Counted from the stretch's first letter, positions 1 through 8,051 are shown. The stretch is 35,665 bases of DNA from an uncultured Isosphaeraceae bacterium (GCA_964634655.1 CAZWJR010000004.1:1-35665); one strand, 5' to 3'. Numbers and translations are program-made. The notes: generated by a model from the letters alone, not told the origin.

Positions 1-1153
1 TTTTGAGCCGGATCAGGTAAGGGAGGCTGTCTCGCCGGGCGGTGATTGGTTCGCCCGCCAACCAACGCTCCACATCTTGCTGCAGATCCGTAACGGTTTG
101 ATAGCGCCGCTCGGGTTCTTTCGCCAGCGCGCGCAGGACGATCGTATCAATGTCTTGATCAATTACACGGCTTCCAGAAGTGGGGCGGACCAGAGTTGAA
201 GGCGCACGTGGCGGGGTTTGGCAGATGGTCTGAAACATCTTGACCAGGATCAGGCTCATTGGGTACGGATAGGTTCCCGTGAGCATTTCAAACAGAATGA
301 TGCCCAGAGAGTAGATATCGCTGCGCATGTCAATGAGGGTGGGATCACCCTTGGTCTGTTCCGGAGAAGCGTACGCCAGCGTTCCCATGAACTGGCTGGT
401 GAGCGTAAACGGCGTGTCGCCCTGCATGGCGATCACGCCGGCAGATTTGGCCAGGCCGAAGTCCACCACGTGCGGTTGACCGGCGGAATCAACGAGAATG
501 TTGCCGGGTTTGAGATCACGATGGATGACGCCTTTCTGGTGTGCGTAACTCACGCCTGAACAGATGGTCGCAAACAGCCGCAGTTTGTCAGCGACAGAGA
601 GCGAAGGGGCAACAGTTCGCAGATGCTCATCCAGCGGATGGCCGTGGATGTATTCCATGGCGAAGAAGTAGCGTTCCGTTTCACCGCTACCGGGAGCAAG
701 GCCGCTGTCGTAAATCGTGACGATGTTGGGATGTCGCAGACTTGCAGCAAGATTGACTTCACGTTCAAAGCGGTGCTTCTGCCGCTCCGTGGCGGAGTGT
801 TCGTGTGGCAGTAGTTTCACCGCGACCGTGCGATTGGTGGATTTCTGCACCGCTTTGTACACGATGCCCTGCGCCCCGCTGTGGATGCGAGAGAGAATCT
901 GGTATCCCTCAATGGAGGGCAGCAGCTCGGCGGCGTTTGATCTTGCCGTGCCATCGCTGCGGCTGGAGGTGAGGGCTGATGTGTCGATGTGCGGCTGCGG
1001 CGATGGAAGATCAATGGGAGAACGTGCAGACTCGACTCGTTTGCGACATGAGGGACATCCGCGAAGATGAACTGTCGCCTGTTTCAACTCATGCGCGGGC
1101 AATGACCCGGACACGAATTGGGCAATCTGAGAATCGCGCAGACAAACAGCCAT
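1..1153 (-). CDS. Ser/Thr protein kinase with an N-terminal zinc anti-sigma-like (HxxxCxxC) segment. Partial: the C-terminus runs off the left edge of the window.
   Basis: Absent from the ORF track because it has no stop codon in the window. Reverse-strand translation starts at the ATG on the complement of 1151-1153, preceded by GAAGGAAGG. It gives MAVCLRDSQIAQFVSGSLPAHELKQATVHLRGCPSCRKRVE..., then kinase motifs: SGAQGIVYKA, VAVKLL, HRDLKPGNIL (complement of about 497-523), DFGLAK and GTLAYASPEQ. Confidence 0.9.
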   Translation of the reverse strand, partial: MAVCLRDSQIAQFVSGSLPAHELKQATVHLRGCPSCRKRVESARSPIDLPSPQPHIDTSALTSSRSDGTARSNAAELLPSIEGYQILSRIHSGAQGIVYKAVQKSTNRTVAVKLLPHEHSATERQKHRFEREVNLAASLRHPNIVTIYDSGLAPGSGETERYFFAMEYIHGHPLDEHLRTVAPSLSVADKLRLFATICSGVSYAHQKGVIHRDLKPGNILVDSAGQPHVVDFGLAKSAGVIAMQGDTPFTLTSQFMGTLAYASPEQTKGDPTLIDMRSDIYSLGIILFEMLTGTYPYPMSLILVKMFQTICQTPPRAPSTLVRPTSGSRVIDQDIDTIVLRALAKEPERRYQTVTDLQQDVERWLAGEPITARRDSLPYLIRLK

Positions 1154-1232
1154 GCGACCCTTCCTTCAGCGAATAATGCAAACACCGAGGATACCGGCCG
1201 GTCTCATGCGTGCCAAATTCGGTGACAAGGGC

Positions 1233-1919
1233 TTACGACTTCCAACGCTCAAATTCCGCAATCAGTTTGTCGAACACGATGTCCGCCTCGCCAGATGCGC
1301 TGATTACCAAATGCCGCTGCGGACTCTTCTTGGCTTGATCGAGATAGCCCTGCCGGACGCGGCTTTGGTAGTCGAGCCCTCGCAGTTCCAGTCGATCGGC
1401 GAAGAGGGAGGGGTGAGCGGCGGTGGAAGCGGCCTTGCGGTCTTTTGCGCCGCCGGCCATGCGTCGTGCGGCGGTGACTTCGTCTACATCAAAGATGACG
1501 ACGAGATCGGGCTGATTCTCGCCCACTGCAACCTCCGCCACTTTGTGAATCTCATCCAACGGCAGACCGCTGGCCGCTCCCTGATAGGCAAGCGTAGAAC
1601 TGACGAAGCGATCTGCGAGGACGAGTTCACGGCGGGAAAGCGCGGGGCGGATGATTTGTTCAACGAGTTGAGCACGGCTGGCCATGTAGAGGAGCATTTC
1701 GCAGCGGAGGCTCATTTCAGAAGCGGGATCGAGGAGGATTTTGCGGATTTGTTCGCCGATGGAAGTGCCGCCGGGCTCGCGGACTTCGCTTACCTTGAGA
1801 CCGTGTTCGCGGACATGGTCGGCGAAGCGGCGGAATTGCGTGGACTTCCCGGAGCCATCGGGGCCGTCGAAGACGACAAATTTGCCTGCAAGCGAGTTGA
1901 TCCAATCGGGCGATGACAT
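1233..1919 (-). CDS. tmk: Thymidylate kinase (dTMP kinase)
   Basis: P-loop FDGPDGSGKSTQ, REPGGT and a LID-like region. I use the ATG at 1919 (MSSPDW...). The ORF track extends to a TTG at 1949. Same strand as the kinase and 79 nt upstream of it. Confidence 0.9.
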   Translation of the reverse strand: MSSPDWINSLAGKFVVFDGPDGSGKSTQFRRFADHVREHGLKVSEVREPGGTSIGEQIRKILLDPASEMSLRCEMLLYMASRAQLVEQIIRPALSRRELVLADRFVSSTLAYQGAASGLPLDEIHKVAEVAVGENQPDLVVIFDVDEVTAARRMAGGAKDRKAASTAAHPSLFADRLELRGLDYQSRVRQGYLDQAKKSPQRHLVISASGEADIVFDKLIAEFERWKS

Positions 1920-2001
1920 GAAGCGGCATGATGGCAAGGACGGGTGCAAAAGTCCATGAGTCGGTCGGCAGGAGTTAGCAGCCCAAGGTCAATGGAATTG
2001 C

Positions 2002-2583
2002 TTGGGTGCTACTATTTCGCTGATGCGCATCGAGGTACGCGATGAATACCGCAGACGGGTTGGCCGGATTCATGTGGATCCGGTCCAGCGGCCAACTCTC
2101 GTGATGACGGAGAGCAAAACCGGGGGGACGGGCGCGCCAACGGCGGGAGCGGGCGATCCGCCACGGGAAGTGTTTCTGAAGTGGGACAGTGCCCTGGATG
2201 ATGCGGGGCAACTGCGACGGTGCGTGGTCTGCGGCAGGGCGGATTTGTTTCGTGAAAAGGCGTTTCCGCAAGTCACGGCATTGGTGGTGGTGCTGGCGTT
2301 TGTGGGCGCCGTCGTCGGTACGTTTGGTTTGGCGACGGATTTGCCGGTGCTGATTCTCATGGCTGGCGTTCTGGTGCTGGATGTTGCGATTCTGGTGTTT
2401 TCACGTCGGCGGCTGGTGTGTTACGCCTGCCGCAGTTCGTATCACAATCTGCCGATTGCGCGATATCATCGGGATTGGGATCGATCGAAGGCGGATCGCT
2501 ACCCGCAGAAAGCAATCAGCGATCAGCGCGCAGCGATCAGCAGCGAGAATGTGGAATTCAACCGCACGAAAGCGTCTGCGTGA
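2002..2583 (+). CDS. Hypothetical membrane protein: two TM helices flanked by CxxC pairs (CVVCGR ... CYACRS)
   Basis: Long ORF with a hydrophobic pair (VTALVVVLAFVGAVVGTF and LPVLILMAGVLVLDVAILVF) between two CxxC motifs. The start is uncertain: TTG 2002, ATG 2023 or ATG 2104. The last 24 codons overlap a 7-nt-period tract. Confidence 0.55.
   Translation: MGATISLMRIEVRDEYRRRVGRIHVDPVQRPTLVMTESKTGGTGAPTAGAGDPPREVFLKWDSALDDAGQLRRCVVCGRADLFREKAFPQVTALVVVLAFVGAVVGTFGLATDLPVLILMAGVLVLDVAILVFSRRRLVCYACRSSYHNLPIARYHRDWDRSKADRYPQKAISDQRAAISSENVEFNRTKASA
2511..2545 (+). repeat. 7-nt-period tandem tract: AGCAATC AGCGATC AGCGCGC AGCGATC AGCAGCG
   Basis: Read directly from the sequence. Five units in register, lying inside the 3' end of ORF 2002..2583. 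Confidence 0.7.
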
Positions 2584-2618
2584 ATTTCGGTTGGCTTGAA
2601 AGTGTTCTGCCGAATTGT

Positions 2619-2660
2619 TCTGACCTCTGACCTCTGACCTCTGGCTTCTGGCTTCTCTCC
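2619..2660 (+). repeat. Heptanucleotide tandem repeat: TCTGACC x3, TCTGGCT x2, TCTCTCC x1
   Basis: Read directly from the sequence. Six units in perfect 7-nt register, ending 1 nt before ATG 2662. Confidence 0.9.
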
Positions 2661-2661
2661 C

Positions 2662-3309
2662 ATGATTGCGAAAACGATGATTCTGTTCGGCGGAGGCGGG
2701 CACGCGGCGGTGGCGACGGAGAGCGCACGGGCCGCCGGTTACGTCGTGCTGGGGTATTTGGCGGATTCCGAAGATGGTGTGGCGGATGCTTCAAAAACGG
2801 ACATGCCGGAAATCATGGGGTTGAAACGTTTGGGTGCAATTGCGGAACTGCCTGCGGTGCTGGCAATACATCGGCATGCAAACTTTCATGCAGCGATCGG
2901 CGATCCGGTGTTGCGTGAAAAATGGATGGGTCTGCTTGAGACCTTGCCGTTTCCGCCGGTGATTCATCCGACGGCGGCGGTCTCGACATCAGCGAAAATT
3001 CAAGACGGAGCGTTCATCGGCCCCAACGCGGTCGTGAATGCCCGGGCGACGATCGGCAGGGGCGTGATCGTGAACAGCGGGGCGATCGTTGAACACGATT
3101 GCACACTGGAGCAGTATTGCCACGTTGCTCCGGGCAGTGTGCTTTCCGGAGGGGTGCGTGTGGGGCAGAAAACGCTCATCGGCGCTGGGGCAACGGTGAT
3201 TCCTGGTGTAAAGATTGGATCAGGCTGCACGCTGGGGGCTGGTGCGGTGGCCATTGCGGATATTCCCGATGGCGCGACAGCCACTGGTGTACCGGCTAGG
3301 GTCGTGTGA
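2662..3309 (+). CDS. NeuD/PglB-family sugar O/N-acetyltransferase (left-handed beta-helix, hexapeptide repeats)
   Basis: N-terminal Rossmann-like MILFGGGGHAAV. C-terminal hexapeptide repeats IGPNAVVNARATIGRGVIVNSGAIVEHDC...IGAGATVIPGVKIGSGCTLGAGAV. The true start may be the second ATG at 2677 (MILFGGGGH). Confidence 0.85.
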   Translation: MIAKTMILFGGGGHAAVATESARAAGYVVLGYLADSEDGVADASKTDMPEIMGLKRLGAIAELPAVLAIHRHANFHAAIGDPVLREKWMGLLETLPFPPVIHPTAAVSTSAKIQDGAFIGPNAVVNARATIGRGVIVNSGAIVEHDCTLEQYCHVAPGSVLSGGVRVGQKTLIGAGATVIPGVKIGSGCTLGAGAVAIADIPDGATATGVPARVV

Positions 3310-3368
3310 ATTTCACCCCAGTTGGGCTTGGGGTCAGTTGAACCGGCGCGGATCGCCAGCATGTCGGT

Positions 3369-4238
3369 TCACAACCCCGTCGCCCAGATGACAGACCATG
3401 CGGCGGCCCATATTACGATGATCATCAGGACAGCCGCACCGGTGAACGTGGCGGCATCGCGCGGTTTGAGACGGAAGAGCGAGATCGACAAGCCCCAGAA
3501 GACGATCAGTTGCACAATCGTTTCAACGATCCATTCCAATCCTGCAGGCGGCAGTGAAATGATGGTGACCAACCGTGTGATGAGGACCATGCTAAGCAAT
3601 CGCATCGCGCCAAGTTTGAGATCGTCAACGGTCTTACCGGTTTTTCGACCGAGCATCGATGCCAGAAACATGAGTGCGCCCATGCCGCAAGCGGTGAACA
3701 CGCCGACGAGCACGGCAGCGCGGAGCACGCCTTGAACGCTATCTAGGAAGGTGATGACCACCGCTTGTTTGTCCGCAGCGGCCTTGGCGGCGGCGATGGG
3801 AAAGAGGCCGGGCAGTTTGGCAAAGTAGCCGACAAGCAACATCAATCCACCGGCACAGGCAAGCACGGTGGGTAGCCAGAAATCGCCGTTGCCCGGACGT
3901 ATGAGCGGTTGCGTTGCCTCGGCGGCGGCCTGGACTTCCGCAGCATCAATTTCGCCGACTTTTGTTTCGACGGCGCGCATTGTCTTGAGATCAAATCCGC
4001 AGCGAATGCAAACGAGTTGATCTGTGCCGCGCATGCTCGCGCCGCAGTTGGGGCAGACATCGAGAGTCTTGACGGAGGAGCGACCGGATGCGGGATCGGT
4101 GCCGGCGATAGGCTCAACGGCGAGGGGTTCAACATCGGAAGGTCGTGGGATGCCCTGGCCGGCCATACGGGGCTGGGCGGAATCATCCGGGGATGGCGGG
4201 GTTGATTCGATCGGGTAGTTTTCCGGCGGCTGGGTCAT
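3369..4238 (-). CDS. Membrane protein with an N-terminal zinc-ribbon (CPNCG...CIRCG) and a multi-TM Yip1-like C-terminal half
   Basis: CPNCGASMRGTDQLVCIRCGF, followed by about five hydrophobic helices. Clean ORF with a TGA stop. Confidence 0.7.
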   Translation of the reverse strand: MTQPPENYPIESTPPSPDDSAQPRMAGQGIPRPSDVEPLAVEPIAGTDPASGRSSVKTLDVCPNCGASMRGTDQLVCIRCGFDLKTMRAVETKVGEIDAAEVQAAAEATQPLIRPGNGDFWLPTVLACAGGLMLLVGYFAKLPGLFPIAAAKAAADKQAVVITFLDSVQGVLRAAVLVGVFTACGMGALMFLASMLGRKTGKTVDDLKLGAMRLLSMVLITRLVTIISLPPAGLEWIVETIVQLIVFWGLSISLFRLKPRDAATFTGAAVLMIIVIWAAAWSVIWATGL

Positions 4239-4457
4239 TGCGGCAGGGGCTCTCTCTGGTCGGACTGGTTGATTCTACGCCTGCTGCGGCCATTCGTGCA
4301 TCAAACGATGAACTGGAGAGGCGGATGAAGGTTGCAAGGACTGGATTCGCGGGAACAATGAGGAACAATGGCGGGTTGGATCAAGTAGAACTGCTGCGAT
4401 TTTGATCGCTGCACGAATTGAATTGGCATTCAACCGAACTTTTTTTCAGGAGATGAC

Positions 4458-5099
4458 ATGAAAACGCGAAACTTGGTTGGTCTGATAGGCTTGGGCGTGG
4501 TGGTTGGGCTTTCACTGGGCTTGGCGCCCCGGCAGGACTCCAAAATGAAAGCGGAGCAAAAGCCGGCTGCGGAAGCAAAAAGCGGATCGGTGAATTTCAA
4601 CGTTGATTCGGTTCACTCTTCGGTCGTGTTCAAGATTTCACACATGGGTGTCTCCAACTTTTATGGAACGTTCAATGAGTTGAGTGGCTCGTATTCGTTG
4701 AATGAGGCGGATCCTTCCAAGTCACAGTTTGATTTTCAGGTGAAGGTGGACAGCGTGAACTCCCGAAACAGTAAACGCGATGGCCACCTGAAGAGTCCGG
4801 ATTTCTTCAACGTGGCGGAGTTTCCCACCATTGCGTTTAAGAGCACGAAGGTTGAGCGCACCGGAGAAAAGCAGTTGAAAGTGACCGGCAATCTCTCAAT
4901 GCACGGCGAGACGAAGCCGATTACGGTGGATATGAACATCTTCACCGCCAAGCAGACACAGCAGGGCTACAAGGGCGGTTTGGAAGCGACCTTCACAATC
5001 AAACGGACCGACTTCGGCATGGACACTTATGTGGCTGAAGGCGGTCTGGGTGACGAAGTGTCGCTGACGGTGGCGTTGGAAGCTGCAAGAAGCGAGTGA
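4458..5099 (+). CDS. YceI-family (polyisoprenoid-binding) periplasmic protein
   Basis: Signal peptide. VDSVHSSVVFKISHMGVSNFYGTF, SRNSKRDGHLKSPDFFNVAEFPTIAFKST and MHGETKPITV are typical YceI motifs. SD CAGGAGA lies 5 nt upstream of the ATG. Confidence 0.9.
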   Translation: MKTRNLVGLIGLGVVVGLSLGLAPRQDSKMKAEQKPAAEAKSGSVNFNVDSVHSSVVFKISHMGVSNFYGTFNELSGSYSLNEADPSKSQFDFQVKVDSVNSRNSKRDGHLKSPDFFNVAEFPTIAFKSTKVERTGEKQLKVTGNLSMHGETKPITVDMNIFTAKQTQQGYKGGLEATFTIKRTDFGMDTYVAEGGLGDEVSLTVALEAARSE

Positions 5100-5105
5100 G
5101 AAGTT

Positions 5106-5140
5106 GATTTTGGATTTTGGATTTGCGATTTTGGATTGGT
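5106..5140 (+). repeat. Heptanucleotide tandem repeat: GATTTTG GATTTTG GATTTGC GATTTTG GATTGGT
   Basis: Read directly from the sequence. It begins 7 nt after the YceI-family gene stop. Confidence 0.85.
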
Positions 5141-5178
5141 GGATACCCGCGATTGAGCATCGGCAGTCGCGGGTCGAC

Positions 5179-5213
5179 AATCGCTAATCGCTGATCTCTG
5201 ACCGCTCTCTGCC
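5179..5213 (+). repeat. 7-nt-period tract: AATCGCT AATCGCT GATCTCT GACCGCT CTCTGCC
   Basis: Read directly from the sequence. It ends 1 nt before ATG 5215, the same layout as 2619-2660. The units are the reverse-complement family of the 2511-2545 tract. Confidence 0.75.
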
Positions 5214-5214
5214 C

Positions 5215-6084
5215 ATGCCTGAAGAAGCACGGATTGCCTTGCCTGTGTTGCTGGCGTCGCTGGTGACGACGGCGGCGATTCTACTGCTGGGTTGGACATT
5301 CGGGCGGCGAGGGGCTGTGGAGCAGCGCGGTCGCTGGGCACTGCCGCTGGCGCTTGGTTTGGGGTTCGCAGCGGCGTTTGCGGTCATCGCGCAATGGCGC
5401 GGAATTCAGTTGGCCGAGCGATGGCATTGGTTGTTGCCGATGGCGATGAGCGCGATGGTGTTGGGCATCATCACGGCGGTTTGGCGATCGTCATCAATCA
5501 TTCAAATTACGGCGATTGCCCTAGTCATGTCGGCAGTGGGAGGGTTGTTGTTTCATCCCCCGCCAATCGTGGAGCAGCCGTGGATGTGGAAGGCGGGACT
5601 GGCGGCGTTGATTCTTGTGAGTTGGATGAACCTGGAGGGGTTGGCCGCCAGACGAGGTGGCGTTTCATTGCCGGTGTGTCTTGTGATTGTGTTCGGCGGA
5701 TTGTCTTTTGTGCTGGTGGAGAGCAGGCAGGCGGGGTTTTCGCTGCTGGCAGCAGGCATGGCGGCGGCGCTGGGCGTGGCGGTGGTCTTTGCACTGCGGA
5801 ATCGAAATTTGTGTCTTGCTTCGGGCGCGATGTTTGTCGTTGCGACGGTGTTCACAGGTTTGTTGGCCGTGGGCTGGTTGTACAGCGGCAGTGAGATCGG
5901 CGCGGCGCTATTCGTATTGATCCTGATTGCACCGGCGGCGATGTGGATTGGCGAGTTATCTATCGTGCGGCGGATGAAGCCTTGGCAGGCGATGATTGTT
6001 CGCGCGGCTGTCGTCGGCGCGCCCGTTTTGGTGGCGGCAGCATTGGCGATGCGCGCGATAGCCGGTGGTGATTCGGAGATGTGA
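5215..6084 (+). CDS. Hypothetical polytopic membrane protein (about 8 TM)
   Basis: Strongly hydrophobic 289-aa ORF. No recognisable motif. Confidence 0.65.
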   Translation: MPEEARIALPVLLASLVTTAAILLLGWTFGRRGAVEQRGRWALPLALGLGFAAAFAVIAQWRGIQLAERWHWLLPMAMSAMVLGIITAVWRSSSIIQITAIALVMSAVGGLLFHPPPIVEQPWMWKAGLAALILVSWMNLEGLAARRGGVSLPVCLVIVFGGLSFVLVESRQAGFSLLAAGMAAALGVAVVFALRNRNLCLASGAMFVVATVFTGLLAVGWLYSGSEIGAALFVLILIAPAAMWIGELSIVRRMKPWQAMIVRAAVVGAPVLVAAALAMRAIAGGDSEM

Positions 6085-6220
6085 AAACAATTGCGCTTAG
6101 GAGCCCGCCATGCAGGGGGGCCTACTTCGAAATCCGCTTCACGCCCGAACCGGGTTTTTCACCCTTCTTGATCGGCCGACCTTTGCGCGATCGCTTGGGC
6201 TTTTTGCCGCGCGTTTCCTG

Positions 6221-7555
6221 TCATCGCATGGCGCGGTTTGAAAGCGGTCGATCATCATCCACAGCAGGCTTAGCGGCGGCATTGCGAGCCTTGTTGGATG
6301 TTGTTCGCCGGACGGAACGAGGCGGTTCAAAGCCTTCCAGAGATTCTGCGTAGACCTCCACGCCGAGTTTGTCCATGACGGCACGCCAGCGGAGTTTCTC
6401 CTGATGATCTTCGGAGAGGAGTGTGAAGGATTCGCCAAAGCCGCCGCCGTGACCCGCCCGGCCGATGCGGTGGACGTATTCCTCTGGCGTGAGCGGGAGA
6501 TCGTAATTGATAACGGTTTTTACAGCCGGAACATGCAGTCCGCGCGCTGCGACATCCGTGGCGACGAGCACGCGGGATTCGCCGTTGGTGAAGCGGGTGA
6601 GTGATCGGGTGCGCTGGGCCTGGCTCATATCACCATGGATCATGCCTGCGCCGATGCTGTTGTTTTGGAGTGCGGAATGCACCCAACCTACGCGGCGGCG
6701 GGTGCGGCAGAAGATGAGGACGCCTCGCCGATTATTCTGATTGATCGCATGCAGCAGCAGTGCGATCTTGTGTGCATCATCTACCGGAACCAAATGTTGC
6801 TTGACATGTTCCACGGGAGTGGAGTGTGGCTCGGCTTCCACGCGAAGCGGATCATGCAGGAACTGCTGGGCCAGTTCTTCGATCTCGGCAGGCATGGTGG
6901 CGGTGAACAGCAGCATCTGCCGGGGCTTGGGGATCATCTGGAGAATCTGGGTTATCTGCGGCAGGAAACCAAGATCGAGCATGCGGTCGGCTTCATCGAT
7001 GACGACGTGCTTGACGAAAGCAAGGGAAAGGCGTTCGGCTTCCAGCAGTTCTCGGGCACGGCCGGGGGTGACGACGAGAATGTCGATGCCACGGGCTATG
7101 GCATCGGCCTGCGGGCCAATAGAAACCTTGCCATAGGCACAGGCGACGCGCAGGACGGAACCCTGGGTGATTGAGGAGGCCTCATCCGCAACTTGTTGAG
7201 CGAGTTCCCGCGTGGGGCAGATAACCAAGGCACGCAAACGGGTCGCGGGATCGACGGGGCGATTTTTCGCGGATTGCGGCGGTTTTTCACTGATGAGCCG
7301 GTGAGCGATCGGGACGATGAAGGCGGCGGTTTTGCCGGTGCCGGTCTGTGCCAGGCCGATGAGATCGCGGCCATCGAGCGCCGGTGGAATCGCCAGTGCC
7401 TGAATGGGGCGGGGGTGGAGGTAGCCGATGAGCGCGAGATTACGGGCGATGATCGGATGAAGGTTGAGATCTTCGAAGGGCAAGCGATTCTCCGGGGGAG
7501 CGAAAAATTGAATGGATGCACTGATAACAACACCTGTGCGGACAAACCAGAGCAT
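6221..7555 (-). CDS. DEAD-box ATP-dependent RNA helicase
   Basis: Q motif FEDL...PRPIQ, AQTGTGKTAAF, PTRELA, VIDEADRMLDLGF, TATMP, ATDVAARGLHVP and HRIGRAGHGG. I use the ATG at 7555 (MLWFVR...). The track ORF reaches 7816, but that extension covers a promoter-like site and a canonical plus-strand terminator. Confidence 0.9.
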   Translation of the reverse strand: MLWFVRTGVVISASIQFFAPPENRLPFEDLNLHPIIARNLALIGYLHPRPIQALAIPPALDGRDLIGLAQTGTGKTAAFIVPIAHRLISEKPPQSAKNRPVDPATRLRALVICPTRELAQQVADEASSITQGSVLRVACAYGKVSIGPQADAIARGIDILVVTPGRARELLEAERLSLAFVKHVVIDEADRMLDLGFLPQITQILQMIPKPRQMLLFTATMPAEIEELAQQFLHDPLRVEAEPHSTPVEHVKQHLVPVDDAHKIALLLHAINQNNRRGVLIFCRTRRRVGWVHSALQNNSIGAGMIHGDMSQAQRTRSLTRFTNGESRVLVATDVAARGLHVPAVKTVINYDLPLTPEEYVHRIGRAGHGGGFGESFTLLSEDHQEKLRWRAVMDKLGVEVYAESLEGFEPPRSVRRTTSNKARNAAAKPAVDDDRPLSNRAMR

Positions 7556-7592
7556 ATCCGCTTTGAGAAGAAGATTTTTTGGAAACCGGGAA

Positions 7593-7620
7593 TTGACTTG
7601 AGTCGAACAGGGTCTACAGT
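7593..7620 (+). promoter_or_regulatory. Sigma70-like promoter candidate: TTGACT-N16-TACAGT
   Basis: Hexamers read at 7593-7598 and 7615-7620. It lies in a divergent intergenic region, upstream of an orphan terminator. Confidence 0.35.
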
Positions 7621-7626
7621 GGAGAT

Positions 7627-7773
7627 GAATATGTTTCGCGCTACATTTATCAACGACAAGCACCAGCAAAGCTGCCGCCCATACAGGCGGACAGGGCTGA
7701 TGTCGTAGCGCACCCCCGGAAGGTTCAAACGCTAACGCCAACCGCCCTGTCAAAAAGACAGGGCGTTTTTTTT
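7627..7773 (+). ncRNA. Candidate small transcript: an sRNA or the mRNA of a 25-27 aa peptide (MNMFRATFINDKHQQSCRPYRRTGLMS)
   Basis: Bounded by the promoter-like site and the intrinsic terminator at 7743-7773. Internal hairpins: CCGCC/GGCGG at about 7675-7689 and TAGCG/CGCTA at about 7706-7735. No family recognised. Confidence 0.3.
7743..7773 (+). terminator. Canonical rho-independent terminator
   Basis: Perfect 9-bp stem CGCCCTGTC/GACAGGGCG, loop AAAAA, followed by T8. No plus-strand CDS lies upstream. Confidence 0.8.
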
Positions 7774-8051
7774 CGATGGTTCTCGCCCCCTGTTTGTGAT
7801 TTGTTTCACCAGCCATTCAGCCAGCCGACCGATAGAAAGCGATCTTGAACAACATTTCGATTCTTCTGCCGATCTTGCGGAGGAATTTCGCGTAAGGATG
7901 AGTAAGGACGCCCAGCCATGTTCGTGATTAATCGAAAAAGCGTTGAACGTGCAGGGTGGCCGAGCGATCGAACCGCGAGCGCGGCTGGTTCGCGGTTGTG
8001 CAGTTCAGATTGTGATGGGTTCGGCACTTCTGAAAAGGGAGGAGTCTGACC

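Noticed and set aside
5197-5208. Exact 10-mers shared between intergenic regions: CTGACCGCTC at about 5199 and on the complement of 30275-30284; GCCGACCGAC upstream of both tmk and rex.
   Set aside because: With about 3 kb of intergenic sequence on two strands, several chance 10-mer matches are expected. I rely only on the visible tandem 7-nt periodicity, not on these matches.
6122-6223. After the helicase TGA stop, the same frame stays open for 32 more codons encoding a very basic tail (QETRGKKPKRSRKGRPIKKGEKPGSGVKRISK). This resembles DEAD-box C-terminal tails and suggests read-through or a recent truncation.
   Set aside because: A 32-codon open stretch is not statistically unusual in GC-rich DNA. 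The Lys richness simply mirrors T-runs of the convergent gene's terminator-like region on the plus strand (CCCGAACCGGGTTTTT). It is worth only a glance in ortholog alignments.
7700-7740. CCGGAAGG and GGTTCAAAC strings that superficially resemble the SRP RNA GGAA tetraloop helix and a tRNA T-loop.
   Set aside because: The flanking strands lack the conserved SRP symmetric-loop nucleotides (AGCA / GGUCA). No acceptor or T-stem pairing can be drawn, so I could not support either an SRP RNA or a tRNA.
7556-7816. N-terminal extension of the helicase ORF, from the start I chose (7555) up to the track start at 7816.
   Set aside because: The extension would add 87 residues before the Q motif. It reads through a canonical plus-strand terminator and a promoter-like site, and it has no helicase-like sequence. 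The ATG at 7555 gives a normal distance to the Q motif.
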